A DNA stretch of 64,000 nt from Camelus dromedarius (GCF_036321535.1 NC_087437.1:59584001-59648000); one strand, 5' to 3'; positions 36,685 to 49,939 are shown, counted from the stretch's first letter. Numbers and translations are program-made. The notes: generated from the letters alone by a model not told the origin.

Positions 36685-37290
36685 ACAAATTTTTACTGAG
36701 CACTTGTTGTATATGAGGCACTGTTCTAGATCTTTTATTTTTGACTCTTGAAATACAGCTTTATTATGAAAATTTATAGATCAACTCACAGTAGAAATAA
36801 TAGTGTAGAGAGCCCTCAGCAGTTAGACACGTTTGGCCACACTTGCTTCACTTATCCCTTAGGTCTCTGTTTTTGCTGAGGTTTCTTAAAGCAAACCCAG
36901 ATATTTGCTATTTTACTTCTAAGTATTTTAGTTTGCAGCTCTAAAGTACAAAGGCATTTTCTTTTTAATTTTTTAAAATTTATTTTTAATTGAAGTATAG
37001 TTGATTTACAACATTGTGTTAGTTTCTGGTGTTCAGCATAGTGATTCAGTTATATATATATTCTTTTTCATGATAGGTTATTACAAGTTAGGTCTTTCTT
37101 TTTTTTTAACATGTATTTCTTCATTTAATGTTCTCATCAACCATGAGAGGTAGGTATTACTATTACAGATGATGAATTGGAGGCACAGAGAGGCTAAGTA
37201 ACTGATCCACAGCCACATAGCTGGTGAATGGTCGAGCCTGGATTTGAACCCACTCCCTTGAACCTCAAAGCCTGTGCCTTTAGCCATGCA
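36685..37290. mobile_element. Nested cluster: MIR split by an old L1 3' fragment (about 36735-36960) and a younger L1 3' end (about 36965-37088, minus strand)
   Basis: MIR text at 36690-36730 resumes at about 37110; young L1 end 'tttaattgaagtatagttgatttacaacattgtgttagtttctggtgttcagcatagtgattcag'. Confidence 0.7.
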
Positions 37291-38379
37291 ATAGGGCATG
37301 GTATTAGTAATAAAATATTTGCACACCTAAATTTTGCCCCACTCTACACCACTCCTTCTCAAGATATTTTCTGCTAAATCTGCTTGTTATAAGAAATAAT
37401 GAAATTTCTATCTGAGGGAATAATTCGTGCATTGAAACTCAAATAACTTTTGGAGCTATCTACAGAAAAAGCCCTCTTCAAAGGAGAACCTCAAAAGGGT
37501 TGATAAAAGCAATTAAAATAATGGAATCACATATTCCACTTACTTCTGAAGGTTCATTTCACTGTAATTCATTTTCTGCTTTATTTTATATGTACTAGGA
37601 CCCAAGTAAATAGGGGGAAAAATCCAAATTTTTGTTTGATATAAAGGAAGACTCAGAACAATGAAATAAACACTGCTCAAAAAGTAAGCTTCAGGCACCT
37701 GAATGCTAAGTAATATGTTTATTCCTATCTCTACAGATATTAAACTCATTCTTCCCAAATCTTTTTTCATGATCTAAACAGAGACTATAAGTCAACACTT
37801 CTACATAATTTTTGAAAAATAGATGCTTTGCTGCCAAAGATTGTAACTTGTCTATTGGCAGTCTATGGAGATAGGATGTTTTCACCTGCAAAAAGCAAAA
37901 GACTCCAGCTCAACTCAGATTGGCTTAAGGAACAAGGATGACTATCACTTTCCACAACCGGAAGTTCAGAGGAAGGGGAAGTCCAAGCTCGGACCAGTCC
38001 TGCTGGGGAGCCAACCACCACAATCACCGCAAGGAGACACCAGTCATTTTCCAGGCTCCTTTTCTGAAATGAATGCCATGTCTTTATCCAGATATCAAAC
38101 TCTTACTAGCCCATGGAAATAAAAATCTTTAAAAGGATAAAACCCTGAAATTTCATAAACGAAGGTCCTCATTTTCTCCTGACTGATGATGAATTGTCCC
38201 TATCAACCAGGGAGTCACCTTGCTTTCCATAAAAGTAACCATTTCTGAGAATTGTAAAATATGGATCGGCTAACCAAATATCATTTTAAATGCAACAGAG
38301 CAGCTTGATATTTAGAAGCACTATTTGGTGGAAAAGGTTTTGATGATAAATGACCGGAACCCCAGGATAACAGAGTTGA

Positions 38380-40695
38380 AGGTAAAGATTAATCTCCTCT
38401 CCAACTCTAAACATCACTTTAAAAATAATAAATTAAACAAAAGGCACAATCTCATAAGGACAAAGAGAGTGGGAAAGGAGTCATCAGCAACAAAATTTCA
38501 GAGGCTGAAAACAGATAGATGAGTCATATCTGACTTAGCAGACCCAAGGAAGCCAAATTCCAAGGCAGCCTTATGGAAAGCCAAGAAATATTCTAATTTC
38601 ATATTGGAGAACTCTCAAGAAGCTCCAGGACTGGTGGCTCCAGGTACCTCTGGAAGTGGAGGTAGCAGAGGGCTAAAATGTGAGAACTGGTTAAAAACTG
38701 TATAAGCAATGGTTAGTTAGATTTCTGGTTCTTTTCCTCTTCTTCACATAGTAGCAACTTCCCTCTGCAGAAGTCTGAAGGCTGATTCTCAATAAACTGT
38801 AAAGGAGAGGGTCTGCACTGAAGGAACATAGGTGAAATTGAGGCCAGAGGTATCATACAGAAAACAGAGCCATTACCTAAAAGCTTATATGCTATCTGTT
38901 GAGATCACTAACTTTCTTCTTCTCTCCAACACTATGAACTCTGCAAACCAGATTATACGGTTCAGTCAAGAGGTGGTAGAATATGATTCTCTGGGCAGCT
39001 GATTAGCCCAAGAGAAAAGATAAGAAGACACTGATAGTAGGGGGTCCCTAGCCAGATCATTGTACACATAAAACCACAGTGGACACAGCCCTGCTCCCTG
39101 AAGAGTCCAATCTATTGTTAAGTCCCCACTTTTAAGTATCATAAACAGCAAAGGATAACCAGACATTGGTGGAGATTCTCTAACATGAAAGAGGCCCGAA
39201 AAAATAGAAAGAAAAAAGAAACTTGGATGGAAGAAACTATGCAAAGAGAATAAAACATAAAAAAAAAACTGTCATAATAGCCTTGCAGAGATAAGATATA
39301 GCATTCTGTAAAACAGAAACAGGATACTGTGAGGACAGGATAAAAGCCATTGCAAGTTAACAATCTGAAAGCAGAAGTGAAAAACTCAGTAGAAAGATTA
39401 GAAAATCAAGGTGGAGAAATATCCCAGAAAGTAGAGTAAAAAAGGTAAGGGTGGAAAATAAGGAAGAATATCTTTAAAAAAAAATAAATACAGCACAAAT
39501 TATGGAGTTCCAGTAAGAGAATGGAGAAGAAGACACCATCAAATAAACAGTTTTAGAAGTTTTTCTAGAATTGAAAAACATAAATTTCTGAACAAAAAGT
39601 ATCCACTAAATGCCCAGCCAAGTGTATAAACTCTTTGATGCCAGACTCACGGCAGGCACATCATTGTAAAATTTCAGAACGAAGGGACACGAGAAGAACC
39701 TGCAAGCTTTGAGAGGTAAGGGAGGGATTGATTTCATTCAAAGAAACAATCATCAGAATGAGAATGCGTGAATTTCACCACAGCTAAACTGGAAACAACA
39801 TGACAATGAAACAGTGCCTTCCAAACTGAGCAGTAATATTTTCCTATCTAAAATTCTACGTCGATTAAGTGTGAGAATATACTAGACATTTGTTTACATG
39901 TACAAGGACAAAAACAAGAAATTAACCCTATGTACTCTGTCTTAGAAAACTAGAGGATGTGAGTCACCAGAACAATTGAGTTAACTGAGAAAGAAAAGAA
40001 GATAAGACCTAAAACAGAGAGGCGCCATCCTAGAGAGAGGTGAGACTCCTTGGGGTGGTGATGAAGGAACATCCCAGACTGGCCCAGGTCCAGAGGCAAC
40101 TGTGTTAAGAAAATGGAATTGACAGAACACTTACTGTGCTTAAACTTCTGATGCTTACTGAAAGTAAATGTACACATTCAGAAGAAGGATTAAATTGATG
40201 TTGAATATATAGAAAATTTGGCAATTAAAAAAAAGGCAATTATTAACTCCAGGGTAAGCAGAAAGTTGAACGAGAAAGGAAGAGGTACCATAGGACACAA
40301 CATGGTTCAGCAATAAATAGCATTTACAGTCAGAATAATGTAAATTATGAATATGGATGTAACTAAAGGACTCTGTAACTATACGTGGGAGGTGTAGTGA
40401 GCAGGAAGGGTATCCACGTGGACGTGTGTCTAAAGGGGCGGAGAAGGGTGTTAGAGCCTCACCTTCCACAGTTAGAAGTCAATAGATGATGCCCAGATTG
40501 CAAAATCCATGAATAAAAATATCAGCACCTATGGAAGGAAATACTGAGAAAATCAGTTGAAAGAGTTGAAAATGGCTGCCTCAGGATAGGGAGAAATGGA
40601 GTTGGGTGGGGAGCTGGTGTTTTCCACAGCAAGTAGAACTATTTGACTCTTTACGTATTTGTGAAATTTAGATAAAATTTTTTAAATGTTAAAAA
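38380..40695 (+). mobile_element. HAL1-like (half-L1, ORF1-only) LINE remnant
   Basis: A-rich decayed ORF1-like region ('ggcacatcattgtaaaatttcagaac', 'gaaatatcccagaaagtagag') and HAL1-type 3' end 'aaatggctgcctcagg...agtagaactatttgactcttta'. Confidence 0.65.
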
Positions 40696-41699
40696 TATAC
40701 CTCCATTATGTGTTATTCAGATTTTTTTACACCTGGAATTTATCGAAATGGTCACACTTGTGGAAGTGGCTTTATGTTTCAGAGTGTCATAAAGGATGGT
40801 TTTTTTTTTCCTCCTGGTGAAGGTCTGACCTGATCCCCTGCAGTGCAGTTGAATAGCAAGGCTTGATGACAGCAAACCAGAGCCTTGGTAGCCAAGCCTC
40901 CTGTGGGAGTTTTTTTTTTATAATTATTTTGACTTCTCCAGAAAAAATGAAAAGCAAGTTATTTTCTGATAGTCAGTTGAGCTCACATGGAGCCCTGGAT
41001 TCTGTCTCCAGAGGATGTGGAGGTATCACTTCAGACCTTTGCCTGGCGCTGGTCAAATCATGAAATGGTACCAACTGTGTATGTATCAGCCACTCATTTA
41101 GTCAGTGGACATGTAGGGAGCAGCTCACACAGGTCAAGCACATGGATGGAGACAAGGATGGATAAGACACAAGCGCTACCTTCAAATGCTCACAGTCTAG
41201 CGGCTGGATGTCTACACGGGGGCTTACACACCATGCCCTGTCTTACTCCTGCGCTTTTCCTCGTATTTCCCCCTCCCTGGAATGCCCTTCTTACAAACCC
41301 TTACCCTTTCTGCATTAGGACTGGTTGCCTCTAATTCGTTATTTATGACTCAGCTAAAGATCATCTCCTCTAGGAATCCTTCCCTGACTCTCCTTCCCTG
41401 CTGGGTGGATTAAGGGCCACTCCTCTGGCCTTCCATCCCTTCTTCTGGTGACAGATACTACCTGTTTGGCCTTGAGAGTGGGCAAATGATACCTCCTGGA
41501 CCAATCAAAACATCTTCCCCCCAAGCAAGCCAGTCAGCATCCTTGCCTGGAATTTTTCTGACTGGTAGAAAAGAGTCCTTTATTTCCCTAAAAATGCATT
41601 TCTGGTGACCAGGTTCCCACATAAGTGGGGTAATGTTTAAAGGAAAGGAATCAACATTAAGAGAGAAGCAGAAATAGAGGAGCTGTAGGTAGAGACGGA

Positions 41700-43903
41700 G
41701 AATAGCACATGCCATTTGCTGAGGCAGGTCAGAAGCAACAAGGCTGTTAGTTGTGTAAACATTTCTGAAGATAATAAAGTGGACAGGACTAAGCAATGGT
41801 TTCAGCAAATACACTGAATTTGATAAGAAGTTTCCTTCCATAATAAAAAAAAAATCAGTGAAATGAATCACCTGAATCAGAATCAAATATTCAACTAAAA
41901 ATTTAAACTATTTTTAAGAATATCTGAGCTAGTAAATTTGGCCAACTATAAAATGGTTCAGATTTTTGCAAATACATACACAAAGTTTAGATGAATGATG
42001 GTAAACCTTTTTTTTCCACTGTTAAGTTATGGAAATTTTGTTAGAAAATTATGAAGAAAAAAAGATCTTTTATTGATTGTGAGAGATCTTCCACTAAACT
42101 ACCCAACTATTGCTCATAGAATGAAAGACATTTTAATAATATCAAAAATAGACTGATTCAAAATTTTTTTAATTGCAAGTACTTTTCTTTAGCTCTAGAT
42201 GAGTCATGCAATATTAAAGATTCTGCCCAATTAATATTTGTGTGCATTTTGTCTCGACAGATGTCCAAACTTATGAAGGAATGTTGTCAATTTATGGCCA
42301 ACAAAACCAAACTCGTGGCATAGATATTTTTGAATCATTTGTATCTGCCAAATTAGAATGAAAAATTAGTTCCTCTAGATATGAGAAATTAGTTTCTATT
42401 ATGATGGATAGTACTCTAGCCATATTAGATTTAAAAATCCAGATTTTATTGGAATTCTGAAACAAGAGACATGTTTCCTCTATGAGAGTTTTTTTTCCCT
42501 TAGTTTTTGAAGAATCATGTAAAATGTCATGGATATAGCCGTTCTGATCTTTCAGTATACACAAGCAGATGTGTAAATTATGGCCAGTTTGGGGAAGTAT
42601 TGAAAGAAAAAGGACAATAAATATAATGATCTTGGGTTCTTGGCCAATGCTGGTTGGTTCAATGATAGAAGATTTTTTTTTTAAGGTTTGCTCCAATTTG
42701 GGATTTTCTTGAAGCATGAAGGTTGCTTGCCAAATATTAAATAATCCTAGGCAAAATATGGCAATATCACACTACATTTGAACAAGCAAAATTTGAAGTT
42801 CCCAGGAAAAGCTTTTTTATGACCTAGTTAGACAGATATGGGAATTTTTGCTGAAATTATTTATAATAAAAATCAATAATAATGCTTTTGTGCATTTCCT
42901 AACATGAACCAATATGCAGAAGATTTTAAGTGTATGTAATAGTATTATTTAAATCTGCTACAGAAACTACAAGAAAATTTGAAGAAAGCTTTGTTGACAT
43001 TAGCAAATTTAGAACTGCTTTTCAATTTATGCAACGTCTTTGAACTCTGTACTAATAATGTGCAGTTGACTCAAGAGTTAGTCAATTTACTGAATTTGAA
43101 CAGAAGTAGTTTTGAAATTAATGTGCTTTTTCCTTCAAAGCCAAATTGATTCTTCTGAAAAAGATGAACCAGTTTTGTGATGTAGATATAAATATTAAAG
43201 AAAAATTATCTTTTGATACCATATTCAGGTACTGGAAAACGTTTAAGTATGTTTGGGATAACTTGAGGGTGTGAATTTACTTTTTCAACTGTGAAGTTTA
43301 GAAATTTAATTGCAGATAAAATATTTCCAATGAAAATTTAGTGCCCAAATTAAGACGTACTATAAAACAGAAACAGACTCACACACATAGAAGACAAACT
43401 TATGGTTACAAGGGGAAAAGCAGGTGGGAAGGGATAAATTGGGAGTTCAAGATTTGCAGATACTAACAACTATGTATAAAGAAGATAAACAACAAATTTA
43501 TACTGTATAGCACAGGGAACTATATTCAATATCTTGTAGTAACCTATAATGAAAAAGAATATGAAAAGAAATATATGTATGTATATGTATGACTGAAACA
43601 TTATGCTGTAAACTAGAAACTGACACATTGTAAACTAACTATACATCAATAAAAGTTTTTTAATTAAAAAAAGTGCTGTAAAAAACACATTGGATTTTGA
43701 TAACTTGGTTAAAAAAGGATGCAAAATAGCTCATTAATATTTTTTATATTAAGCATGTGCTGAAATAATAATGAAATGACATATTGAGTTAAATGTATTA
43801 TTAAAATTAATTTCATCTGTTTATTTTTACTTCCTTAATGTGGCTAGCAGAAAATTTTAACTTCCATCTGTGTTTCATATTCTGCTTCTCTTTGAGAGCA
43901 CTG
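41700..43903 (+). mobile_element. Charlie1-type autonomous hAT transposon remnant (5'-truncated, decayed transposase)
   Basis: 42180 onward translates YFSLALDESCNIKDSAQL (hAT first catalytic Asp motif); MER3/Charlie1-type 3' end 'attattaaaattaatttcatctgttt...aatgtggctagcagaaaatt...gcactg', followed by GTCTAGAT (NTCTAGAN target preference). Confidence 0.9.
43368..43672 (+). mobile_element. Cetartiodactyl-type L1 3' end nested in Charlie1
   Basis: 'aaacagactcacacacatagaagacaaacttatggttac...tatagcacagggaactatattcaatatc'; degenerate TSD GTACTATAAAA (43357-43367) / GTGCTGTAAAA (43673-43683). Confidence 0.88.
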
Positions 43904-43959
43904 GTCTAGATCTTGGATTCCTTCATCAGGAATTATTTCTTAATACCTATAATATATAT

Positions 43960-44170
43960 TACCACATGTGTTTTGCCAGAGATTGCTAAAGGCTTTACAA
44001 ACACATTTAACCTCAAAACAACTCTATGAGTTAAGTTTACTAATTAGGAAACAGAGGCTCAGAGAAGTTGAGTAATTTGCCCACAGTCACACAGCTAGCA
44101 GGTAGTATAATCAGACGTTAAGCTGAGTGTCTGTCACATCCTCAAGCCAGAGTCCTTAATCACAATTATG
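43960..44170. mobile_element. MIR SINE
   Basis: 'aggaaacagaggctcagagaagttgagtaatttgcccacagtcacacagctag'. Confidence 0.8.
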
Positions 44171-44192
44171 GCACTTACTGCATGCCCAGTAT

Positions 44193-45053
44193 TAGTGTTT
44201 CCATGCAGGTATTCCTTCCTGCATCTCTAGGAAATTTATGCTTCCAAATCCTGAATACCAAGAAAAATCACTCCAGAAATTGGGGGAAGGGATTATAATT
44301 CTTCTGTGACAAAGATTAAAAATGAACATAGAGACATTACTCGTCAAAAGCAACCACCAACATCAAGCCAAATGCAAGAGCAGGAAACACTGACCTGTGT
44401 GTGGAGCTGAAGGTTAAGGTCGGCACCTCTGGGGGCTGAGACAGGAGCCTGTAGGAGAGAAGTGAGCAGTCTCACTGGTCAGTCTTGCTTGTGGCTACTG
44501 CCTTGTGATGAATGTGTGTTCCCGGACTTTTCTGCTGTTAACAATGAGTCACTGCTCCAAACACAATAAATATTCATGTTTCTATGTATAGTAAGGATTA
44601 ACAGCGATTCTATGAATGGTATTCCAAGGAAGAATGAGTTTTGGAAACAAAGTGAGTCCTTAGATTGGCAATTCCCACACATTCTGTGAGGTGCTACTCT
44701 CCTTGCTAGGAGATCCAGTGTTATCCGAACACTACCCAGTGTTGGTCATGGGTATTTTTCAGTGTTCCAATATTTGCCACAAGCAACACTTCTTTACAAA
44801 TATTACCAAAGTATAAATGCTGTATGTATTTTGTCAAGTACAAATATTTAACAAAGGCTACCAAACTTAGCATTTCCTAGGTATTAAATAAACATTTTTA
44901 GATATCCATAATAATGAGTAAAGGGTATGAAGAATGTTGCAAAGTATTTTTACAATAATTTATGATTTTGGTAATTTCAGAGGAATCCTAGGAATTCCAA
45001 TTTTTCATTCCCAGTTCCCAAAGATTAATGTCTTTCAGGAATTTGGAAATAGC
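44193..45053. mobile_element. Probable ancient hAT-like element with a nested old LTR (about 44330-44735)
   Basis: Begins TAGTGTTTCCA and ends TGGAAATAGCA (degenerate inverted repeat) with GGAATTCC-rich subterminal sequence; the inner segment has an LTR-like AATAAA and a different composition. Confidence 0.4.
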
Positions 45054-45227
45054 AATAGTACACAGTGTCTTAGGCTTCTAAGAATGTTTGTTGAAAGAAA
45101 GAAAAAAGGAAGTAATGGTTAGGATCCAACACTGGAGTCTTTCTCTCACGGAAGTAAGAGGGAAGCAGGAAAGAACAGGATACTAAGGCCAGTAAATATT
45201 TACTTGTGGAACCAACCAGACTAGGCA

Positions 45228-45657
45228 AACAAACACTTCATGGTATCACTTATATGTGGAATCTAAAGAAAAGTCAAATTCATAGAAACAGAGAGTAGAA
45301 AAGTGGTTTTCAGGGCCTGTGGGGTGGGGAAAATAGGAAGCGATTGGTCGAGGGTTACAGACTTCCAGCTATAAGCTGAACGAGGTCTGAGAGTCTCAGG
45401 TGCAACATGGTGATTATCGCTGATGACACTGTAATTTATGGTTGAAATTTGCTAAGAGAGTAGAACTTAAGTGTTCTTTCTCTCTCTCGCTCTCTCTCTC
45501 ACACACACACACAAGATAAATATGTGAGGTGACAGATGTGTTAATTAACTGGCCAGGAGGAATCCTTTCACAATGTATACGTATATCAACTCATCACAAT
45601 GTCCACTTTAAATATCTTATCATTCTTTGTCAATTATACCTCAATGAAGCTAAAAAA
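45228..45657 (+). mobile_element. L1MA-type 3' end
   Basis: 'tcacttatatgtggaatctaaa...catagaaacagagagtagaa...aaatttgctaagagagtagaacttaagtgttct...tgtcaattatacctcaatgaagctaaaaaa'. Confidence 0.88.
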
Positions 45658-47319
45658 TGCTTATTCAATAATAAAATAATGTTTCCTTTTTCTTCTGGAA
45701 AAAAAAATCTGCAGGTGTGGTTAGGAAGTTTTGATGTTTCTATGGAATGGTCTCTTCTTCAGTGAAGTGAATTGCTTTCTTCTACCCTTCATGGACCATT
45801 CAGAGAGAATCCATTCTGCTCAGCGAATCACCCATCTATCATGTTTGGATTAACCTTTGGGGCTAAGCTACCTCAGAGAACAGCTGCTCAGCCCGCAGAT
45901 CTGCTGCCCTCAGGCCAGATGCCCACCCCATCCCTTTCAGCTAGGACAGTATGTGGCCACCCTGAGCTAAGGCTGCTCCCTCAGGGGGTCTGTGAGGTGG
46001 TAGGCATCCTGTTCCCTGGGGTTCCCCTCTGGCTCTGCCACTTAAGGAGGTTAACTTCCCCCAACTCCATCTTCCACCTCCCATGAACATTTAACTGTGT
46101 ACCTGATGGAGCCAGACTCAGAGTGGGCTGGTTCCTATCGCCCCACGTAATTCTCTCAACAGTGCTCCAAGTTAGAAATCCCTTCTTTATAGTCAGAAAC
46201 TGAGACCTCATAAGTAAAGGTCACCTGGGTATGAGTGGTAGAACCAGAATTGGAACATAGTTTGACATCATTCTAAGACTTACTTTCTTTCTATTCTGTT
46301 GTCTTCATTTTCCTTTGCCATCTTCATAGTCAATTTATCCCTTAGACCCTACATCATAAAGAACGTAGTTACTTATTCAAGAGAAGGGCAAGCAGGGCAG
46401 GATTCTGACAGGAACTGCCCCTATCTACTCCCTTCCCCATGCAGCAGGGCAAGGGGCCCTCTGGCCAGCCTTCCCTTCCAGGAAGCCGGGCCCAGCGTCC
46501 AGAGCAACCCCAGCAGCAACCATGCTGCACGTGCACTCAGCTCATCCTCCCCAAGCCAGCTGGGGCAGCACAGGAGTAGTCTGGAAACAAATTAAAATAG
46601 ACCAATTATTTTCAGGGTGTCGTTTAAACCACATCAGAAAAATTGCCTATCAATAAAATTGGATAACAGCCCCGGCAAACCAGTACTAGTAATTATAATA
46701 ACTTGATGGCAGTAATTACTTTTCGTAAAACTTGGTTACTTCCCACCTCCAATAAATCTCCCCCACGATAATTCTGCAATATGTAATCATTGTACAGAAA
46801 ACCAGGAGTCATTACCAAGCGTGCTATGAAGACGCACTGAATTTCGTGCCCTTGCCAAAGAACTTGAATGGTCTATGGTTCATGCAGCCCATTGGCAAAC
46901 ACCCAAGCCTCAGATATCAGGATGGCTCTTCGGCTGAAGCCTGAGGTTGTGGTGTGAGATAGTGTAAACCTTTCCACACTTCTGGTTTTTGCTAAGAAAC
47001 CGGTAGTGTCAGGGGACAGCAGCCTAATAAGGTGACGGCAGAGAGCACAATGGAGACCATCAGAGGAGCTGGACAAATCAAGCACCCTCCCCTCACTTCG
47101 CCTGGTGCTCCAAGCCAGGTTTCCCTGCTCACAGACTGAAGCAGACACACAGCAGGAGCTCCCGCTCCTAGGAGAGCGCTGGATGGGCAGGGTGGGATGC
47201 TGAGCCCTAGTCCCGTCCTTGTCAGTCAGCACACCGTGAGGCCTTGTTAAGCCTCAGCTCTTCTGTGGGCACGAGGTTGCTGGTCTGTAAAGATAAGGCT
47301 TACACCATTTTCCTTTTGC

Positions 47320-47660
47320 ATTCATTAATTTGTTCCAACACATCTTCCTCAAGTGCCTCTTCCGTGCCAGGTACTATTTAGTGAGAAGGACACAGCAGTG
47401 CTTGAGACATTCCGTGCCTTTTTGATGCTTATGATCCAGTGGAGAATACACTGAACAGGTAATAACAGGCCTGCTAATTATCATGATGAAGAAACAGAGG
47501 GTGCAACGGAGATCTTTAACAAGGGGTATAATCCAGCTTATTGGGTCGGGGGAGAGGGTAGTTAGGGAAGGCTTCCTGGAGGTAGCAACCCTTAAGCTAA
47601 AACAGATGCCTAAGGTGGAGAGAGGAAAGATGTTGATGCCTAAGGACGAGGAGGGGGCTT
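47320..47660 (-). mobile_element. L2 LINE 3' fragment
   Basis: 'cattcattaatttgttccaacacatcttcctcaagtgcctcttccgtgccagg', 'agggaaggcttcctggaggtag'. Confidence 0.6.
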
Positions 47661-49939
47661 CACCCAGAGCCTGGCATTCCTTGGGGGCAGGAGGCCTGTC
47701 TTGGTCTTCTTCATAGGCCCTGGTGGAAACTGGTGGACCTTGGATAAGTGTTTGCTGGCTGGCTGGCCATCTGTTATTTCATAAATGTTGTGAAGCAGCT
47801 CTCATGACCCAGACTCTACCGATAGGAACCCAGTGCAGGTCCTATAGCCTGCTCTTGGTAGAGTAACATCTGCCAACCTCCAGATCAGTGCTCTGTCCAG
47901 ATGTGAGGGTCAGATGAGGTCCCCCAAGCAACAGGAGTTTGAGACGGAAGAGCTGCTGACCACATGAGAAAGGGTGACAATTTCTGTGGCTTTCTTTTTC
48001 TCTCTCTCTCCAAATGGGAACCACTGAGACTTTTGCTCTGAGAACAGCTGCCCAGCTGCCTCATTTTCCGCTTGGATGTAATTTCAGAGTGTGAACTTGA
48101 CACTCTTGTGCTTCCTATGCCATCCGTGCCTGAACTGGCAATTCAAGGGGGCAGTCCCCGCTCCTTTCTGGAAGCCAGAAAAGTCCCTTCTCTATAGGCC
48201 TTGGGGAGCCCAGCTGCTCCCCTGGGGTCAGAACGGGACTGGAGGGATCTCCAAAGCCCCCCATCACACCCTCCCAGAGCTGTCAGAGAATCACACTGGT
48301 GCTTGCCTGGGGCAGGCGGAGGCCAGGAGCAGACATTTCCATATTTATTGGTTATTTAGCATCAGTTCAAAAGTTTGATAAGTCCCAAAGGCAGACACAT
48401 TGTATTCACTCCCTAAACCAAGGGAGGCTCTGCGATCTGTTCCAGTTGGAGTTAGCGCTGTCAGCTGAGGGCATTTTTATTGCGTTGAATGCTCATTATT
48501 TCAGAGGAAGTTGCCCTGGTCTTTGATCTTATTTTGAATCAATTCTCTATCCCTAAAGGCACGCACACTACCACCTCCTTCATCACCCGGGTCAGGGGAA
48601 CAGAGCATTATTTGAGACAGGAATCAGGGAGAGTGTTTCTTCCCATACGACACACAGATTCTGGACAGACTGTGGCTGTGGTCACCCTCAGCACCCCGCC
48701 CCCGCCCTTTCTCTATACCCCTCAGTGAGTTACAGTGACCCTACCTACTCAAGAGAAAAACTCACGCAGCCGTATCCCTAACAGTTCTTCCCACTTCTCC
48801 CCATTTACTTGTCCCAGTCACGGGATTGCTACTGGCTCAGACACAATAATAAAAGACAAAATATTGAAATCAGGCAGAATAATTGAAGGTGGTGGGGAAT
48901 GAGATAATTATGATTGAAAACCTGGATTAGTAGGACCTACTGCAATTGTGTATGAAACCAGATAGTAATAGAGTTCAGCCTATTTAATAAAAGGCATGTA
49001 AGATGATCAGAGGAGATCCCCTGAGACAGGATTCACCCAAGTGTTCAGAGTTTGATTTGTTGTCTTTTGATGTGTTCAGAAGATTGCATACAGATTGCCA
49101 GGCTGTCCCATCAAAACTCTGGATAACACCCTACTGCTTCTCTTACTTGGTGGTGACAACTCAAGGATGGACAATGGTTCTCTGGTGGACTTTTCAAGGC
49201 AAGGTAAGAGTTAGAGTTAGTTTGAAGTCTCAACTTTAAGGAAGTGATAGCAAGGCTATTCTGCACAGGAAGAAATGTGAGATTGTACCCAGGCACCTTC
49301 CCCCAGGATTCAATGGTCAGGACAGGGTCCCATGCCCATCCATTAGCCCATGACCAGCACAGAGAATGTGCGCTGGAGCTAGTCACGTGGAAGAAGGATG
49401 GGCACAGAGATCAAACCGGGACTCTGCCAGCAAAACACTCCATCTCCAACATCCCTGTCAAGCAGAGCTTAGACCACTGGAAAGAGTGTGGGAAGGGATG
49501 GGATAGGGTGAAGGGCGGAGATGGAAGGAAGGGGCCAGTGCATGGATAAGCAGGGCTGATTGCTATCAATCTTAGAATGGTGACAGGTGGGCTCCAAGCA
49601 TTCACAGATCTCCTTAACGTGTTGTAGACATAAAACTCCTTCTTGACCTTGCTAAGTGTCGCATCTCAGAGTAACAAACTCAAAAAATGTCCTCCTTCTT
49701 AAGTAAAGTAGTAGCTAATTTTATTTGTCCTAAGCAGTCTTCATTAACAGATATTCCTCATGTGGCTCTTCTGGGATTTGGTCGACACACCTGCATTTGT
49801 GCATTTCATATACCTTTTGTCTCTGTATGCTTTAGAGAGGTCTTTTTGCCACATTCCTGATTTTTCGTCTACCCTGCCTTCTTTGATCTTCTCCAGCCAC
49901 CAGATCTTTCTAAGGATATAGGGAGTACTCGCACAAAGA

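Noticed and set aside
42292..42717. 141-aa minus-strand ORFs here and at 41458-41886
   Set aside because: They lie antisense to the decayed Charlie1 transposase and have no independent coding signal
47605..47645. 11-bp direct repeat GATGCCTAAGG 30 bp apart
   Set aside because: Small local duplication inside an L2 remnant; only two units and no array (not CRISPR-like)
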